64,000 bases of DNA from Coniocarpon cinnabarinum (taxonomy: Eukaryota): positions 1 through 64,000 of the forward strand of contig JAVECO010000013.1 of the NCBI GenBank assembly GCA_051942205.1, read 5' to 3'. Under the pieces are notes generated by a model that saw nothing but the letters and a program-made list of their open reading frames with translations, did no database searches and was not told the origin of the DNA. The first letter of the stretch is position 1; every line of letters begins with the position of its first letter. Below are positions 49,401-60,328 of this stretch, piece after piece. The position numbers and the translations under genes are program-made.

Positions 49401-49863
49401 TTGCCCAGCAGACGACTCCAAACGCTCCGATATACCTTCGCTTTGGCATAGATTTTCTTCTTGGTCTTGAAGCGATATCTCCCGTTCTTGGCTGCGCGTT
49501 TGGCTCAGTGAACGAGTCTACTTTCTTTGCAGCGCCGTTGCTCTGGGCGTAAGAATCGATAGATGCAGGAGGGTCTTTGGGAGTCTCTTTCCAAGAGCCA
49601 TCAAAATAAATGTTGATCGCTTGTTCGATATTTCCCTCCGACATCGATCTCAACTTTCCAATGACACTCTCCTCCAACTCCTCCCCAACAAAAGCCTGCA
49701 AGGTCTGGCTGTCAAACTGCGTGCCAGAGCTTCCATGGTCAGTGCTCTTCTCCACTTCTGTCACCGTCGGCGGTTCTTCGATTTTGGGAGGTGGCGCATC
49801 CGCTGGGTCTTCGACGAAGAAGCGCCGCTTCTTCGCGGGTCGCTCATAGTCGATCTGTGTCAT
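46471..49863 (-). CDS. RAD5: DNA repair protein Rad5 (HIRAN + SNF2 helicase + RING), intronless
   Basis: HIRAN region (IVRFKNQRGEEVGRL), GGILADEMGLGKT, ILDEAH, RING CPLC..CWHSAC..C..CFNC, SLRAGGVGLNLT and QAIDRVHRMGQ. Alternative in-frame start at 49944. Confidence 0.97.
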   Translation of the reverse strand: MTQIDYERPAKKRRFFVEDPADAPPPKIEEPPTVTEVEKSTDHGSSGTQFDSQTLQAFVGEELEESVIGKLRSMSEGNIEQAINIYFDGSWKETPKDPPASIDSYAQSNGAAKKVDSFTEPNAQPRTGDIASRPRRKSMPKRRYIGAFGVVCWATRSGTGLVQSGEKVKIERTKTESFKKTGVTKKAKGPNLIGRQDSIVRFKNQRGEEVGRLETDSASWVSALIDQRICELDGHVVFAPDRVRSNDTIYLQLRAYLLSSIFVNKDLVKPLDDNRTTSFFEAKETQSERDLRWRQLALVKLFNEINLTPSKSNAATEKHKREELLKAAEQDEQKEQNAPNANSTQAESGGSSPPSEEAEEGEELQQDQLDSLYKKAQTFDFNTPEREPLDTFAMTLRKYQKQALHWMFGKETDTKDPEREQSMHPLWEEYVWPTKDVDDQPIEEVENVSSFYVNPYSGEMSLDFPVQEQNCLGGILADEMGLGKTIEMLSLIHSQRSEVDLAASKQDSSGVTKLPRLGRSSSGIEPAPCTTLVVAPMSLLAQWESEAEKASKKGSLKVLMYYGSDRGMSLKNLCCEANAASAPNVIITSYGTVLSEYSQIASAGGGSRSMHGGIFSIEYHRVILDEAHHIKNRQSKTAKACYDLAAKHRWVLTGTPIVNRLEDLFSLVHFLRVEPWSNFSFWKTFITTPFDSGDYIRALDVVQTVLEPLVLRRTKDMKTPDGEALVPLSPRTINVEHVELSQDERDVYDLIYNRAKRTFSHNVEAGTLMKSYTTIFAQILRLRQSCCHPVLTRNKSIVADEEDAANAADEANGLADDMDLQSLIERFTADAAEGTQDANRFGAHALKSIQDEAENECPLCFNEPMENQSVTGCWHSACKQCLVDYINHQKDKGELPRCFNCREAVNIRDVFEVVKNDDETPPPTTDLESSTQSPRISLRRVGTHATSAKVAALLTHLMRISKESPQTKSVIFSQFTSFLDLLEPELNRARIPFLRFDGTMAQKQRAAVLQSFSDSTSSRNNPAMRNKRGSPVLLLSLRAGGVGLNLTAANRVFMMDPWWSWAVEAQAIDRVHRMGQEFAVEVVRFVVGGSIEEKMLRIQERKKFLASSLGMMTEEERKTQRIEDIRELLS

Positions 49864-49974
49864 GCTCAGTAGACTCTCGCGATACTGATCCGTCCACCAG
49901 GTTGAGTTTGGTGGCGGTATTTCACGCAAAGCGGGTCTCTTCATTGAAAAGCTTGATTGTTCAGATGAAGGAAG

Positions 49975-49991
49975 ACGCGTCTCAGACGCGT
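49975..49991. promoter_or_regulatory. Tandem MCB elements (ACGCGT x2) in the RAD5/NDUFAF6 bidirectional promoter
   Basis: ACGCGT at 49975-49980 and 49986-49991. The MBF-site consensus fits a DNA-repair gene. Confidence 0.6.
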
Positions 49992-50100
49992 CGAAAAAGC
50001 GATCAATGACGTAAGCAGGCTAGCGTTCACCTAATCTAGAAGTACTTCCTATTCAGCGACAGCACTTTCAATTCCGAATGGCGAGCAACAGAGCAAGCTT

Positions 50101-51331
50101 ATGAATGTCGCGCTGGCCAGGAGGAGGCTTCCAAAAGCGGTGCTGGATACTCCACTGCGCTGCAGTACCTTCAGGTCGCATTCACTCCGGCATGTAAGAC
50201 TCTACACGCCGCCAGCCATTGCTGGCGTGACCGAAGATCAAATCAACTCCGCCCAGCGCTACTGCGCAGAAACGCTGCGGTATGCCAGCCCAGCCCAGTT
50301 CTCTTACTCCTCAAGTCACTGACGACCGTCACAGCAAATACGATACACCCTCGCACCTCCTCCTCCCCTTTCACCGTCCCCTCCAAACAGCCTATCTCGC
50401 CCTCCGCACCTTCAATCTCGAAACCGCACGAATCGCCGATGCCACCTCTAATCCCACAGTCGGCACAATGCGCATGCAATTCTGGCGGGACGCGCTCAGC
50501 GGTGCTCTATCTCTCACCCCGCCGAAGGAACCCGTCGCCGTGCTGCTCGCCGCCGCACAAGGCGAGCTCTTGACGATAACCGAGGGCAAGAGCAAATTGA
50601 GCAAAAATTGGGTACTGCGCATTGTGAATGAACGAGAAAAGCATTTGCATAATCCGCCGATGCCGGATCTCAAGGCGTTAGAAGGCTATGCTGAGAATAC
50701 GTATTCGAGCCTTTTGTATTTGACGTTGCAGGCTTTGCCAATGGCGTCGGTGACGGCGGATCATGTGGCCAGTCATATTGGCAAGGCGCAGGGAATCGTC
50801 GCGGTGTTACGGGGACTGCCTTTAGTTGCGTTTCCGGCGCCGCAAACGCATACGCCGCAGGGACAGTTTGCAGGACCTGCCGGAGGGGGACAAAGACAGG
50901 GCGCCGTGACCTTGCCGTTGGATGTGATGGCGAAGCACAATGTGCGAGAGCACGAAGTCTTGAAGAAGGGCATTGAAGCTGCGGGATTGCGCGACGCGAT
51001 ATTCGAGGTCGCGACGAGGGCAAATGACCATTTGATCACAGCACGGGAGATGGTGAAGAATTTGCGAGCGGGCAGGGATGCCGGACATGAGTATGAGCAC
51101 TCGGAAGATGAGGAGCATCAAGGTCGTGAAGGGGAGCGAGAGAGTGGTGTTGTAGGACAACTGGCGGATGTTGAGCGTGCTTTTGGCGCTTTCATGCCTG
51201 CTGTCTGCGCTCAAGAGTGGCTCGACCGTCTGCAGAAGGTCGACTTCGACGTGTTTCAGCCTAGCCTGCGGACCAGTGGGTGGAAACTACCAGCGCGTGT
51301 GTATTGGGCGTTCACGCGTAAGACGTTTTGA
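50101..51331 (+). CDS. NDUFAF6: Complex I assembly factor NDUFAF6 homolog (squalene/phytoene synthase fold)
   Basis: Arg-rich presequence, intron 50280-50334, YC..LR|KYD, AYLALRTFNLE, MRMQFWRD, YAENTYSSLLYL and ASHIGKAQGI. Confidence 0.9.
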
Positions 51332-51604
51332 AAAGCGGGACGTCACCATATATCGTTCTACTTTGCTGGCTTGACGAGATCAGAAACAAAAGTCTTACAA
51401 AAGTTTGGAGCCGCATTCTGAAACTATTGTACAGCACGCAGGTGAATCTATGACATGTCTAGAATTAGTATCAAACACAACAGATTAGTTGCACTGCCGA
51501 CTGATAGGCAGGCAAGCACTCCCGAGCTCGACCATGATTCGTAACGATCTGCAAATCGCCAATAGGGGCATATTGCCCCAAGTCCTGCCGTGCCGACAAC
51601 ACAA

Positions 51605-53380
51605 TCACTCGGTCTTCACAATAACATCTGGGCTGTTCGTCTCGGCCGCCTCCTCCGTCAGTCGCAGACCAAGACCCTCAAACTTGGTTCCAAGATCAAG
51701 TCCTGCTTCACCATCTTGATCTTCCACGCTGTCCTTCAGAGCCCTGAGTTTCTCTTCGAGGATGTTCTGTTCCATCACCATCTTCGCTTGCTTCATGGTG
51801 CCAAGGTCACCGGTACCGATCATGTCCCGGTACTGTGTCGCAGACGAGCTGGACTCTGCATAGGGCTCCTCGGAAAGCTGTAGCTTTGCCGCTCGTGCAA
51901 GGACTTCGTTGCTCATCTTACGCCATAAATCGGCATCAAATTTCCCTTCTTTGGTAGTGCACGCGTCACTGAGCACATTAGATTGACCTTTCTGTGCGGT
52001 GGATTGCTCGACAACAGGCGTGGCCATGTCAGACGACTCGCTGTCTTTCTCGGTGACTGGGGTCGATTCGGTAGTGTTGTAAGCGCTGTCGCGCAGTGTG
52101 CTAGCCGTGCTAGTATCTACTGATGGGGGAGCGCTTGCTGGACTAGGCGCTCCCAAGCGCATACGAAGCAGATCGAGTAGGGATCGACGAAGGCCGTGTC
52201 TAAAGCCTTCCGTAGATGCAGAAGCACGCGGCTGCATGGGTGGCGACCACGTAGTTGGACGGGGAGAGTCCCGTAAGCCGTTCAGTGCCCCAGCCATCAT
52301 AGGCTCAAAGCCATTGTCCACGGAGAAATTCGAAGTCGTGAGATGTTGCGGAACCTCTCTAAGGCCCAATTTGCGGACAACTGACACAGACGCGATCGGC
52401 ATGGTCCGAGGACACCAGTTTACGAGCGGTGACATCTCTCCATTCAGCACAGACCCAAATGACATGAAGGTTTTCTCGCGGGAATTCGGACGGCAGCTGT
52501 GGCAGACCTTGTAATCGCAAAGAGCAAGAAATTTGCTGACTGAGATCCGGCGGGCTTTTTGACAGAGTACTGACGGTAACACAGACTTCTTCCCGTCTTC
52601 GTCGAGAGTAGCAAGCTTCTCAGAGTTTTTAGAAGGTGAATCGTTCTTGGATCGGCGTTCGTCGCCAGCGTCGATTTGAGCTTGTGTAATGGTGCTTATC
52701 ATGTGTTCTTTCTGTTGAATGAGCAGATCAATCTGCTGAGGCGTGTAGTGGTTGTTCTTGATGCCGTTCCGAAGCGAAAGGCTGAGACAGGACATGTCAA
52801 GGGGACCGGATGCTAGGGAGGACTGTCGTTTGTCTTTCGAGAGCTTGCGAGGTTTTTTGCCACTGATGCCGTTATTAGGGTACGAGCCAGTCTGGAAGGC
52901 AGGTCGCTGTGGAGGGTGAACCTCATCCTGCTCACACAAGTACAGAAATCCAAGACTAGGGACGCGACCGCACTGGTTGCATCTGATTGGGTTATTGACG
53001 GGGTCAAAGTAAATCTTGACCATTGAGATATGGGTGCATGTCGGACGGGAGACCAGCGGTCTTTTCAACGCTGGGTTACCCATACCCAAGCTTGAGTCGC
53101 TTGCTGGCCGCTTTCCAAGCAGCTTCGAAGCGGGTGAAGGTAGGCCACCAGGGAGACGAGCAAAAGAGTCGAAGACAGAGGCCTGACGAGCGCGAGGGGA
53201 AGGGGGCGGATCGGCAGCCTGGATAGGCGGTGTGAGGTCGACGTCGAAGTCGGAAAGCTCCCGCCAGACTGTCGACGGTGTGGGTGTTTCGGAGAGCGAG
53301 TCTGGACCGGCATTTACGACGTCCTCCGGTGTGGAAGGAGCGTCGACGTCCGCAACGGAAAGGGCGGTCACCGTCGTCAT
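51605..53380 (-). CDS. Uncharacterised fungal protein with Cys/His clusters, 591 aa
   Basis: Long intact ORF with CTHISM..CNQCGRVPSLGFLYLCEQD and CDYKVCHSCRP motifs in an otherwise S/P/T-rich sequence. Confidence 0.8.
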   Translation of the reverse strand: MTTVTALSVADVDAPSTPEDVVNAGPDSLSETPTPSTVWRELSDFDVDLTPPIQAADPPPSPRARQASVFDSFARLPGGLPSPASKLLGKRPASDSSLGMGNPALKRPLVSRPTCTHISMVKIYFDPVNNPIRCNQCGRVPSLGFLYLCEQDEVHPPQRPAFQTGSYPNNGISGKKPRKLSKDKRQSSLASGPLDMSCLSLSLRNGIKNNHYTPQQIDLLIQQKEHMISTITQAQIDAGDERRSKNDSPSKNSEKLATLDEDGKKSVLPSVLCQKARRISVSKFLALCDYKVCHSCRPNSREKTFMSFGSVLNGEMSPLVNWCPRTMPIASVSVVRKLGLREVPQHLTTSNFSVDNGFEPMMAGALNGLRDSPRPTTWSPPMQPRASASTEGFRHGLRRSLLDLLRMRLGAPSPASAPPSVDTSTASTLRDSAYNTTESTPVTEKDSESSDMATPVVEQSTAQKGQSNVLSDACTTKEGKFDADLWRKMSNEVLARAAKLQLSEEPYAESSSSATQYRDMIGTGDLGTMKQAKMVMEQNILEEKLRALKDSVEDQDGEAGLDLGTKFEGLGLRLTEEAAETNSPDVIVKTE

Positions 53381-54454
53381 CCTGCGCTCTGGAGTTGCGG
53401 TCTCGTTAGCTTCGTCAAAATCAGTGGACCAAGGTTTGTGATGTAAGCATGACAGGTCGACTTCCTGTCGTATGCTGATACGTTACCCGTACGCTCTTTG
53501 CTGGCTGGCGCGGTAAAAAGTGTTTATCGTCGCCCGCAGAGAGAGCGTTGCGTACGAGGAAGATTTTGAAGACTGGGTAACAACGCCACTTAAGTTGTGG
53601 ATAGTCACGAGGGGAAAGTGCGGAGTCAGGTCGTGAGGAGAAGTTGGACGGCGAAGGGTGGGCAAGTGACTACTTTAAGTATGTTGAGAGATTGTCATAT
53701 GCAAAAGGTTGGCAGCGGACAGCTGTTTGTTATTATGTTCAAGATGAAAGTATTATCGCGCGGTGATCCTCGTCCTGGGTCGGCATGACAGAGCTACCAA
53801 GCGCCTCGCACCTCCACCTTGAGGGCACGACAGCCAGGCACAAGCAAAACTCGCGAGCGATTGCACAATCAAGCTCCATATTCGCTGCTGATGACTTCTG
53901 CCTCCAGGGCGGGCAGCGTTCCTTGCATGCAGCAAGTGGATTTGCGGCGTGTCCAAGGTGCAAGGTGGGACACCCATTACTCACTACGTCAGTGTGCCCA
54001 ACAGAGCATTCAGAAGGTTCGAAAAGATCTATCAGGCACACGGTGGAGAGCGCCCGTAGCAATGCAGCCGCGCAAAGCTTCTGTTGAGCTCTCCCACATG
54101 ATCGTGTGGTGCTGCAGTGAGGTAACCTTGGAAGAAGTTTAAACCCTTTGATGCCAAGGCTTGGCAGCGGGGGTTGCTGTGCCAACAAGCTGTTTGTTGC
54201 GACTACCTTTTTCGTTCACGGTGCTCGCATTTCATCATTAGGCAGACATGCTCTATCAGAGCTGCTGATTATCACTGCGAATCTGAAAAATGTATTAAGC
54301 TACGGCGCCGCAGCAGGCACGTGTATTCGAGAAGAGTTTGAGCCTCAACGTCAAACCCCACTGGAATTCCACACGCCACTCGCTACTCTTCTCGCGAGAC
54401 CAACAACCTCTGATGATCGCAGACTGAGCGCGCCGTGAGCAACTCAAATCAAAC

Positions 54455-55696
54455 ATGTCGTCTGTCAAGTTCCGCGAGACGGTCGAGACCGACGGCCCTG
54501 CTTACGATGGTGGTCCGCGTCGTTATGATGACGGACCCCGCTACCCACCGCCGCCCCAAGGCGACCGCTACGACCGTGACCGCGATGACGGTGACCGCTA
54601 CAAGGAAACGCGCTACGAATCTGACCGCTTCGATGACAGACGAGGCGACGATCGACGCGGCGGTGACTTCCAAGAGCGCAGCTTCAGAGAGGAGACTACC
54701 ACACGCGTAGACGACGGCGGACGTACTCGTGACTTCGCTGATCGAGCGGGTGATCGCGTCCGCGGGTTCCGTGATCGCGTGAGAGAAGGCGTTCACGATT
54801 TTGGCGATCGATTCCGTAGCGGTGAGCGTGAGTTCACGGAGCGTGCCGGCGAGTCAAGCCGCCAGTACGAAGGGCAAGAACACCAGTTTGGAGAGCACGC
54901 CTCAGAGCATAAGAAATCCAAACATCCCACACTCCATCGCTTCGGTGAAGCAATCACCAAAGGCGAAGGCGCCAATGGCTATCTGGCCGTAAGTTCTGCG
55001 TACGCCTTGCGCTCTCCAAATAACCCCCGCTAACATGATGCTAAACAGGCTTACCTCAAAGAGCTCGAAAAGAACCCCCTCCGCACCAAAATGCTTACCT
55101 CCGGCGTCTCCCATGGTCTCCAAGAGTTGCTCGCCTCCTGGATCGCGCAAGACCGCAACCGCAACGGGAACTACTTCACCAGTCGCGTGCCCCGGATGGC
55201 CGTCTACGGCGGCTTCATCGCTGCGCCCGTTGGCCATCTGTTTGTGCGCTTCATGCACTTCCTCTTCGCGCACCGGACGAGTCTGCGCTCCAAGATTCTG
55301 CAAATTCTCTTCTCGAACTTGATCGTGAGTCCCATTCAGAACTCGTTGCAGCTGGTGGCGATTGCCATTGTTGCTGGAGCGCGAACATTCCATCAGATCC
55401 GCGCAACGGTGCGTGCTGGCTTTCTGCCGGTCATGCGCGTGAGTTGGATCGCTTCCCCGCTTTGTCTAGCGTTTGCGCAGCAATTCCTGCCGGAAGAATA
55501 CTGGGTCCCGTTCTTTAACGTGGTCGCGTTCGCAGTGGGGGTTTATGTGAACTACGTCACCAAGAAGAAGAGACTCGCGGCTTTGAGACGGAGACGTGAG
55601 CAAGAACGGGAGTATGGTGGTGCGGGAGGGAATTACGCCAGGACGGAGACGAGGAGTGAGTTTGATGGGAGGAGCACTGGGGGTCGACCCTTTTAG
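54455..55696 (+). CDS. wsc: Mpv17/PMP22-family peroxisomal membrane protein, Woronin sorting complex (WSC) type, with long N-terminal extension
   Basis: Intron 54989-55048. GYLA|AYLKELEKNPLRTKMLTSG, ASWIAQDRNRNGNYFTSRVPRMA, IVAGARTFHQIRATV and TKKKRLAALRR. Confidence 0.85.
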
Positions 55697-57362
55697 AGCA
55701 GGTCTTGCGAGGTCAGGCTGAGGAGAGTGGTCTGGATTGACATAATCGGGCATTCGGATCCCTTGTGGACGCGTGACGGGTTGTCAAGGGTAATGAAGGC
55801 GATCATGAGGAAAGGAGGATGGCTGTTTTCATTTGTCTGTACGTACGTATGATATTGTTAGATAGCTGTGCTGCACTGGAATGCCATGTCTTACTCAAGA
55901 GCGCAAAACGGCTTTCGCATATCGGGCTAGGTTTGCAGCAGAGAACAAAGTAGCTGAGTGCTTTGTCAGCATACTATCAGCAGAATGGACCACGGTGTTA
56001 GAATCAAATCGACATTTGAGACTTCGATATCATCTCTGTGGATGTTAACCTGGCTACCAAAAACACCAACATTTAAAATTGATGACTTCATCCCAAATTA
56101 GCATCCTCCTACTCATCTGCTCGCTCCTCACACACATCTCAATCTCACCAAATCAAATCAAGCAACAGTCTCATAAAACCTAATCATCCTAGAAATCTCC
56201 CCACTTCCTCCTGAACATAGCACAACACCTACATTCCTCCCACAACTAATTCAGAATCTCAAGAATCACAGCTATACTCGCATCAGCAAAGCCGACCAGA
56301 TCAGAAAAATCACCCCCTTCGTGTCGTTTAGCGAGAGTGCATAGTTTGAATATTCGCGATATCAAGATTGTGAAACGTGCTCTTTGGGGCTCGTTTGGGT
56401 GCATTGTCTTTGCTGTGATTCAGTGAGTTGAGTTAGCTATTTGGGATTTCAATGTGAGGGGTCTGGGATTTGAGCGTTGAGGGCGTTGTTTGATTAGAGG
56501 ATTTGATACTTTGTCTTCTTTGCTATCCCTGCAGGTCGAGTTGGATAGGTACAATTTCTCGCTGGAAATTAGTCTTCCGAGGGACGGAGTTTCCCTTGAC
56601 ATCGGAGCCAAGGAATGAGAGGGTCTCCTAGCTGGACATTAAGGATATGAACGGATCATATGTCATGCCGTATATTTCCAAGGGAGATTAGCAATTTCGT
56701 TTACGGGCTCTACTCTGGTTTGAAGCGGTGAAGACTTGAAAATGTTGCTGAGTCTGATCTCATTGCTAGTGCTACATATCAGTTGCGTGGCCAATGATGG
56801 CGCATCCCGTGATGATAGCGACGTCTCAATACTTCCCCTTCAACGACAGGTTCAAGTCCTCTTCATTGATGCACGTCACCAAGCCCAAGCATCAAGAGTC
56901 AGGAGTCAAATCCACGCAAGACCATATTTTGAGCTGGGGTCAACAGTCGCTTTCGCGGTCCGAGGTCTCGCTACTTTAGATAGACAAGACGCTGCTTGAT
57001 CTTGACGCATCTCATAGGGTATCACTGCTTGAACTTGATGAAACGGGCGTGAGGTTTCGGGAACGCGAAGATGACGGTGGCCAATTGCGAGGGCGATACG
57101 GCAGTGCGGCACAAATCGGACGATAGCCGTAGTATTTGTTGCAGGTCAAAGTTGATGGAGCGGTCGATGCTTGTGGATTCGATGTGAGTTTGAATGTGAC
57201 TGTCGGCTTACTGTAGGAAAATGTCTGTCAGCTTAGATTTGGAGCAGTCTTGATCGACGCGGATAGCTGTCGTAACTTGGACTCGACAAAGCGAGCGAAG
57301 TTGTAGGTCTTGAGTTTGCATAACGATCTTCCAGAGAATGGTTGGACTCACATAGGTGCCTT

Positions 57363-58341
57363 CTAGGCTGTAATGCCAGTCTTGGTTGATGTATAGTCCC
57401 AAAGTCCCTTGACCAGCGCGTCTGGTAGCGTATACAAATCAACGTGGAACTCGCCATCTGCAATATTCATCAGCATTTCACCACCCTCAGCTAAGGGAAG
57501 CAGTCCAGCAGTGACTTACTCTCCACGTCGTTCTTCGTATACGTATCCGAGCTCTTCTGCTCATGTATCATCTGCACCACATGCAGTATGTCGTCCTCAG
57601 CCAGTTGCTGCAATCCCTCCGCCAACTTATCCATATCCACATTATTCGTCTTTCGCTTCTTCGCGCTGCCTGCACCGCGACCGCCCACGCCATTGGCGCC
57701 CTGTCCAGGCACTTCACCCGTGAGCTTCAGCCGCTCTAGCAACTCCGGCTTCGGGTTCTTGAACGAAACGCTATGGGTAGCTTCGTAGTCCTCTTGACCA
57801 AAGTTGAGGTCATGATGCAGCACCGTCTCGCCCGATTTACCAACGCCAGGTGGTGTGAGGGTGATCATCATTTCGAACTCGCCCCATCCTTCTTCTGCGC
57901 ATTTAAACGGTGTCGGCGAGCGGAACGCTGTAAGGCAACGTCAGTCGAGGTCTGGTGACGCGACTACCAGGGATGGGCTGCGGCCAACTCACTCTGCTTC
58001 TCGCGGACGCCGAAACTTGGATGAAGTTTGAAGAGACATTTGTCGTAAAGCTCGTGCGCGGGGACAAGGCTGCCGTTGCTTTCGTTTTGAACGAAGATGT
58101 CTACGCTCCAGTCGCGCATGGGAAACCCCTCTTGAGGCGAGGGTTTATCACTGTTATGAGGTGTGTCAGCGACGGTGCTTCGAGCGCGAGGAGAAGGTCG
58201 CGGTCTGAAAGAGGCTTCGGAGTACGTACACGACGTTCTGGTGGGTCTTGATCTTTATAGTGCGTTTTACCTAGCGAAGACGCGGTCTTAGTACTTGATG
58301 CTTCTTCTGAAGTCCACTCGTGCTCGTCATACCTCGGGCAT
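57363..58341 (-). CDS. TAF14: YEATS-domain TFIID/SWI-SNF subunit Taf14; 5 exons
   Basis: MPE|VKRTIKI, GFPMRDWS, LHPSF, EEGWGEF, HDLNF, VDMDKLAEGL and GEFHVDLYTLPD. Confidence 0.95.
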
Positions 58342-59029
58342 TTTGGCGCTGATGTCCTACTGAGAGATCTATTCGAGCTTTCTGGAGCCTTCAAAGAGTG
58401 CGCGAGCTCGGTGACGCGACAAGGAGATGCGGACTGCGGCTCAAATGAGCTTGTCAGTCCTAATATGCGCTCAGAAGCGACCGTGGAGAAGTTTCAGGCC
58501 TGTTGTGATGATGTTAGAAATTTGTTCGATAGAGTCGAAAATTTTTCGATTCTATCGAGACTCGAGATGTGGTATAAGAATGGATGGAGTTGCAGTGAGC
58601 ACGAGTTGGAGTCGGGTGGTGAAATTCGCATAAGGGAAGAAGAAGCTAGATCACCCGACTACAGAGGGCGCATTGCAGCAGGAACGCGCTCAGACATTCA
58701 CTTAATCTTTAGTGATGAAAGCAGGGTGCAAAAGATGTTTCTCAAAATCTCATGATGTTTTCACTTCTATATACATTCTGAGTTCAGACTCTCCAGCCTC
58801 CATCGTAATGATGATTCCTAAGACATGAGTACGGGGTATGGGCTAATCGTTGAAAAATGCTATGAGAAGCGCCAAAACTTGACGCTGCATACATGACGGT
58901 GTTAGAGTAGATGCTGTGGATTGGCAAGGGGTGGGTAGTCGATCTGATGCAGCTGCTCAGACACCTCTGACCGAAGCGATGCGTTGCTTGCCGTCGAGAT
59001 TCTTGCGGCAGAAATAGCGTCTAGCAGGA

Positions 59030-59950
59030 CTACTTGGGTGCCGTGAAGAACTTCTCGTTGTCTTGCTGTGCTTTAACGAAAGCGTCTTTGAAGGCGTTGG
59101 CATCTGAAGTATACAGTTAGCAATTTTCAAGGAAAATCACCTGGTGAAGGATATTGACTGACTCTCGCTGTTCGCAAATCGAATGGCTAATGTAGAGGCC
59201 TCGGGCTCGCCTTCGCTCACATCGGCTGCTGCATTCCACACCCAGGACCGGTCGCTTCCCACGTTCGGGCTGAGCTTCATGTCAGGCACGACATAATGGT
59301 TGGCGCAGACCTTCAGCGTCTTGTCTCTTCGCATGACCAGGCGTGTTTTCTGGTTCTCCTTGTGCTTCAAGAGACGCACGTCGCCAGTTCCTCGCTCCTT
59401 CCACTCTTTGGAATCTCGGTCGAAGCGGAAAAGCTTAGCTCGCATCTTGAACATCTGTTCCTCTTTCTCCTCGTTGGTGGCGGTGTCGACCTTCTCAGTG
59501 AGATGTACAACAGGCTCGAAGTGAACGTCCTCGGATTGCTCAGGGTCCTCGTCCTAATGGGTAAATGTCAGCACAGCGGTCATAAATCATTTTTCAGAAC
59601 AGCACAGAACACACGTCTTCATCTTTCTCCTTTTTTTTGCTGCTACCGCTAGGCTCGTCTTCATCATCTTCTTCCTGCTTCTTCTCTTTCTTTGCCCCTC
59701 CTCCGAACATGGAAAAGACGCTGTCTTTTGCTGCCGTAGCTGCTCCGCCAGCTGCCGTCGCCGCTCCCGTTGCACTATCTTTCAGCGATTGAGTCGTCGT
59801 TGAAGATGTCGTGTTGCCAGTTGCAGGCTTCTGGTTTTCGTTGGCGCTCACACCACTAGTAACCTTTTCGGTCTCTGACTTGTTCAGCTTCGGCTCAGCA
59901 GCGGCTGCTTGTTGGTCCGCAGGATTCTGGGTCGTATCGGTCGAAGACAT
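59030..59950 (-). CDS. YRB1: Ran-binding protein 1; 3 exons
   Basis: [55 protein letters not shown] and [15 protein letters not shown]. Confidence 0.96.
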
Positions 59951-60328
59951 GGCGGGCAAATGCAATTCTGATCCTTTGTTCCCTGCTCGAAAGTCCTCGA
60001 GAAGTCTCAGATCTTGTTGAACAAGCAAGCTGTTTTTAATTATTTTGTTGCGTTGCGGAGGCAAAGTGTTCCCCAGGTTACGTACAGAACTAACATAAAA
60101 TGGTCCGTGCGCTAGTGTTTGTCACCTGTTGCGTTGTCTGCATGCTATCAGGCAGGACTTCTTTCGCAGGATTTTATGGAATTTAGAGGTCGGATGTACG
60201 ATTTAATCATATTGCATTCGTAATACATGTGCTTCCTGGTATCGAAATAGACTTGCGACGGCGCGTGTGCTCATCTCATTTCACCAAACCAGCCAACGCC
60301 TGCTCATGCTCACTTCCACCCCAAATAC

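Noticed and set aside
56575..56600. Minus-strand GGGAAACTCCG resembling RNase P CR-I
   Set aside because: No complementary P4/CR-V partner found downstream on that strand.
56936..56945. GGGTCAACA resembling the Aspergillus oryzae telomere repeat
   Set aside because: Single 9-nt partial match without the TTA or the terminal redundancy a template needs; likely chance.
58711..58781. Box C/D snoRNA-like GTGATGA...CTGA
   Set aside because: No terminal stem or recognisable rRNA guide; probably intergenic or YRB1 3' UTR sequence.
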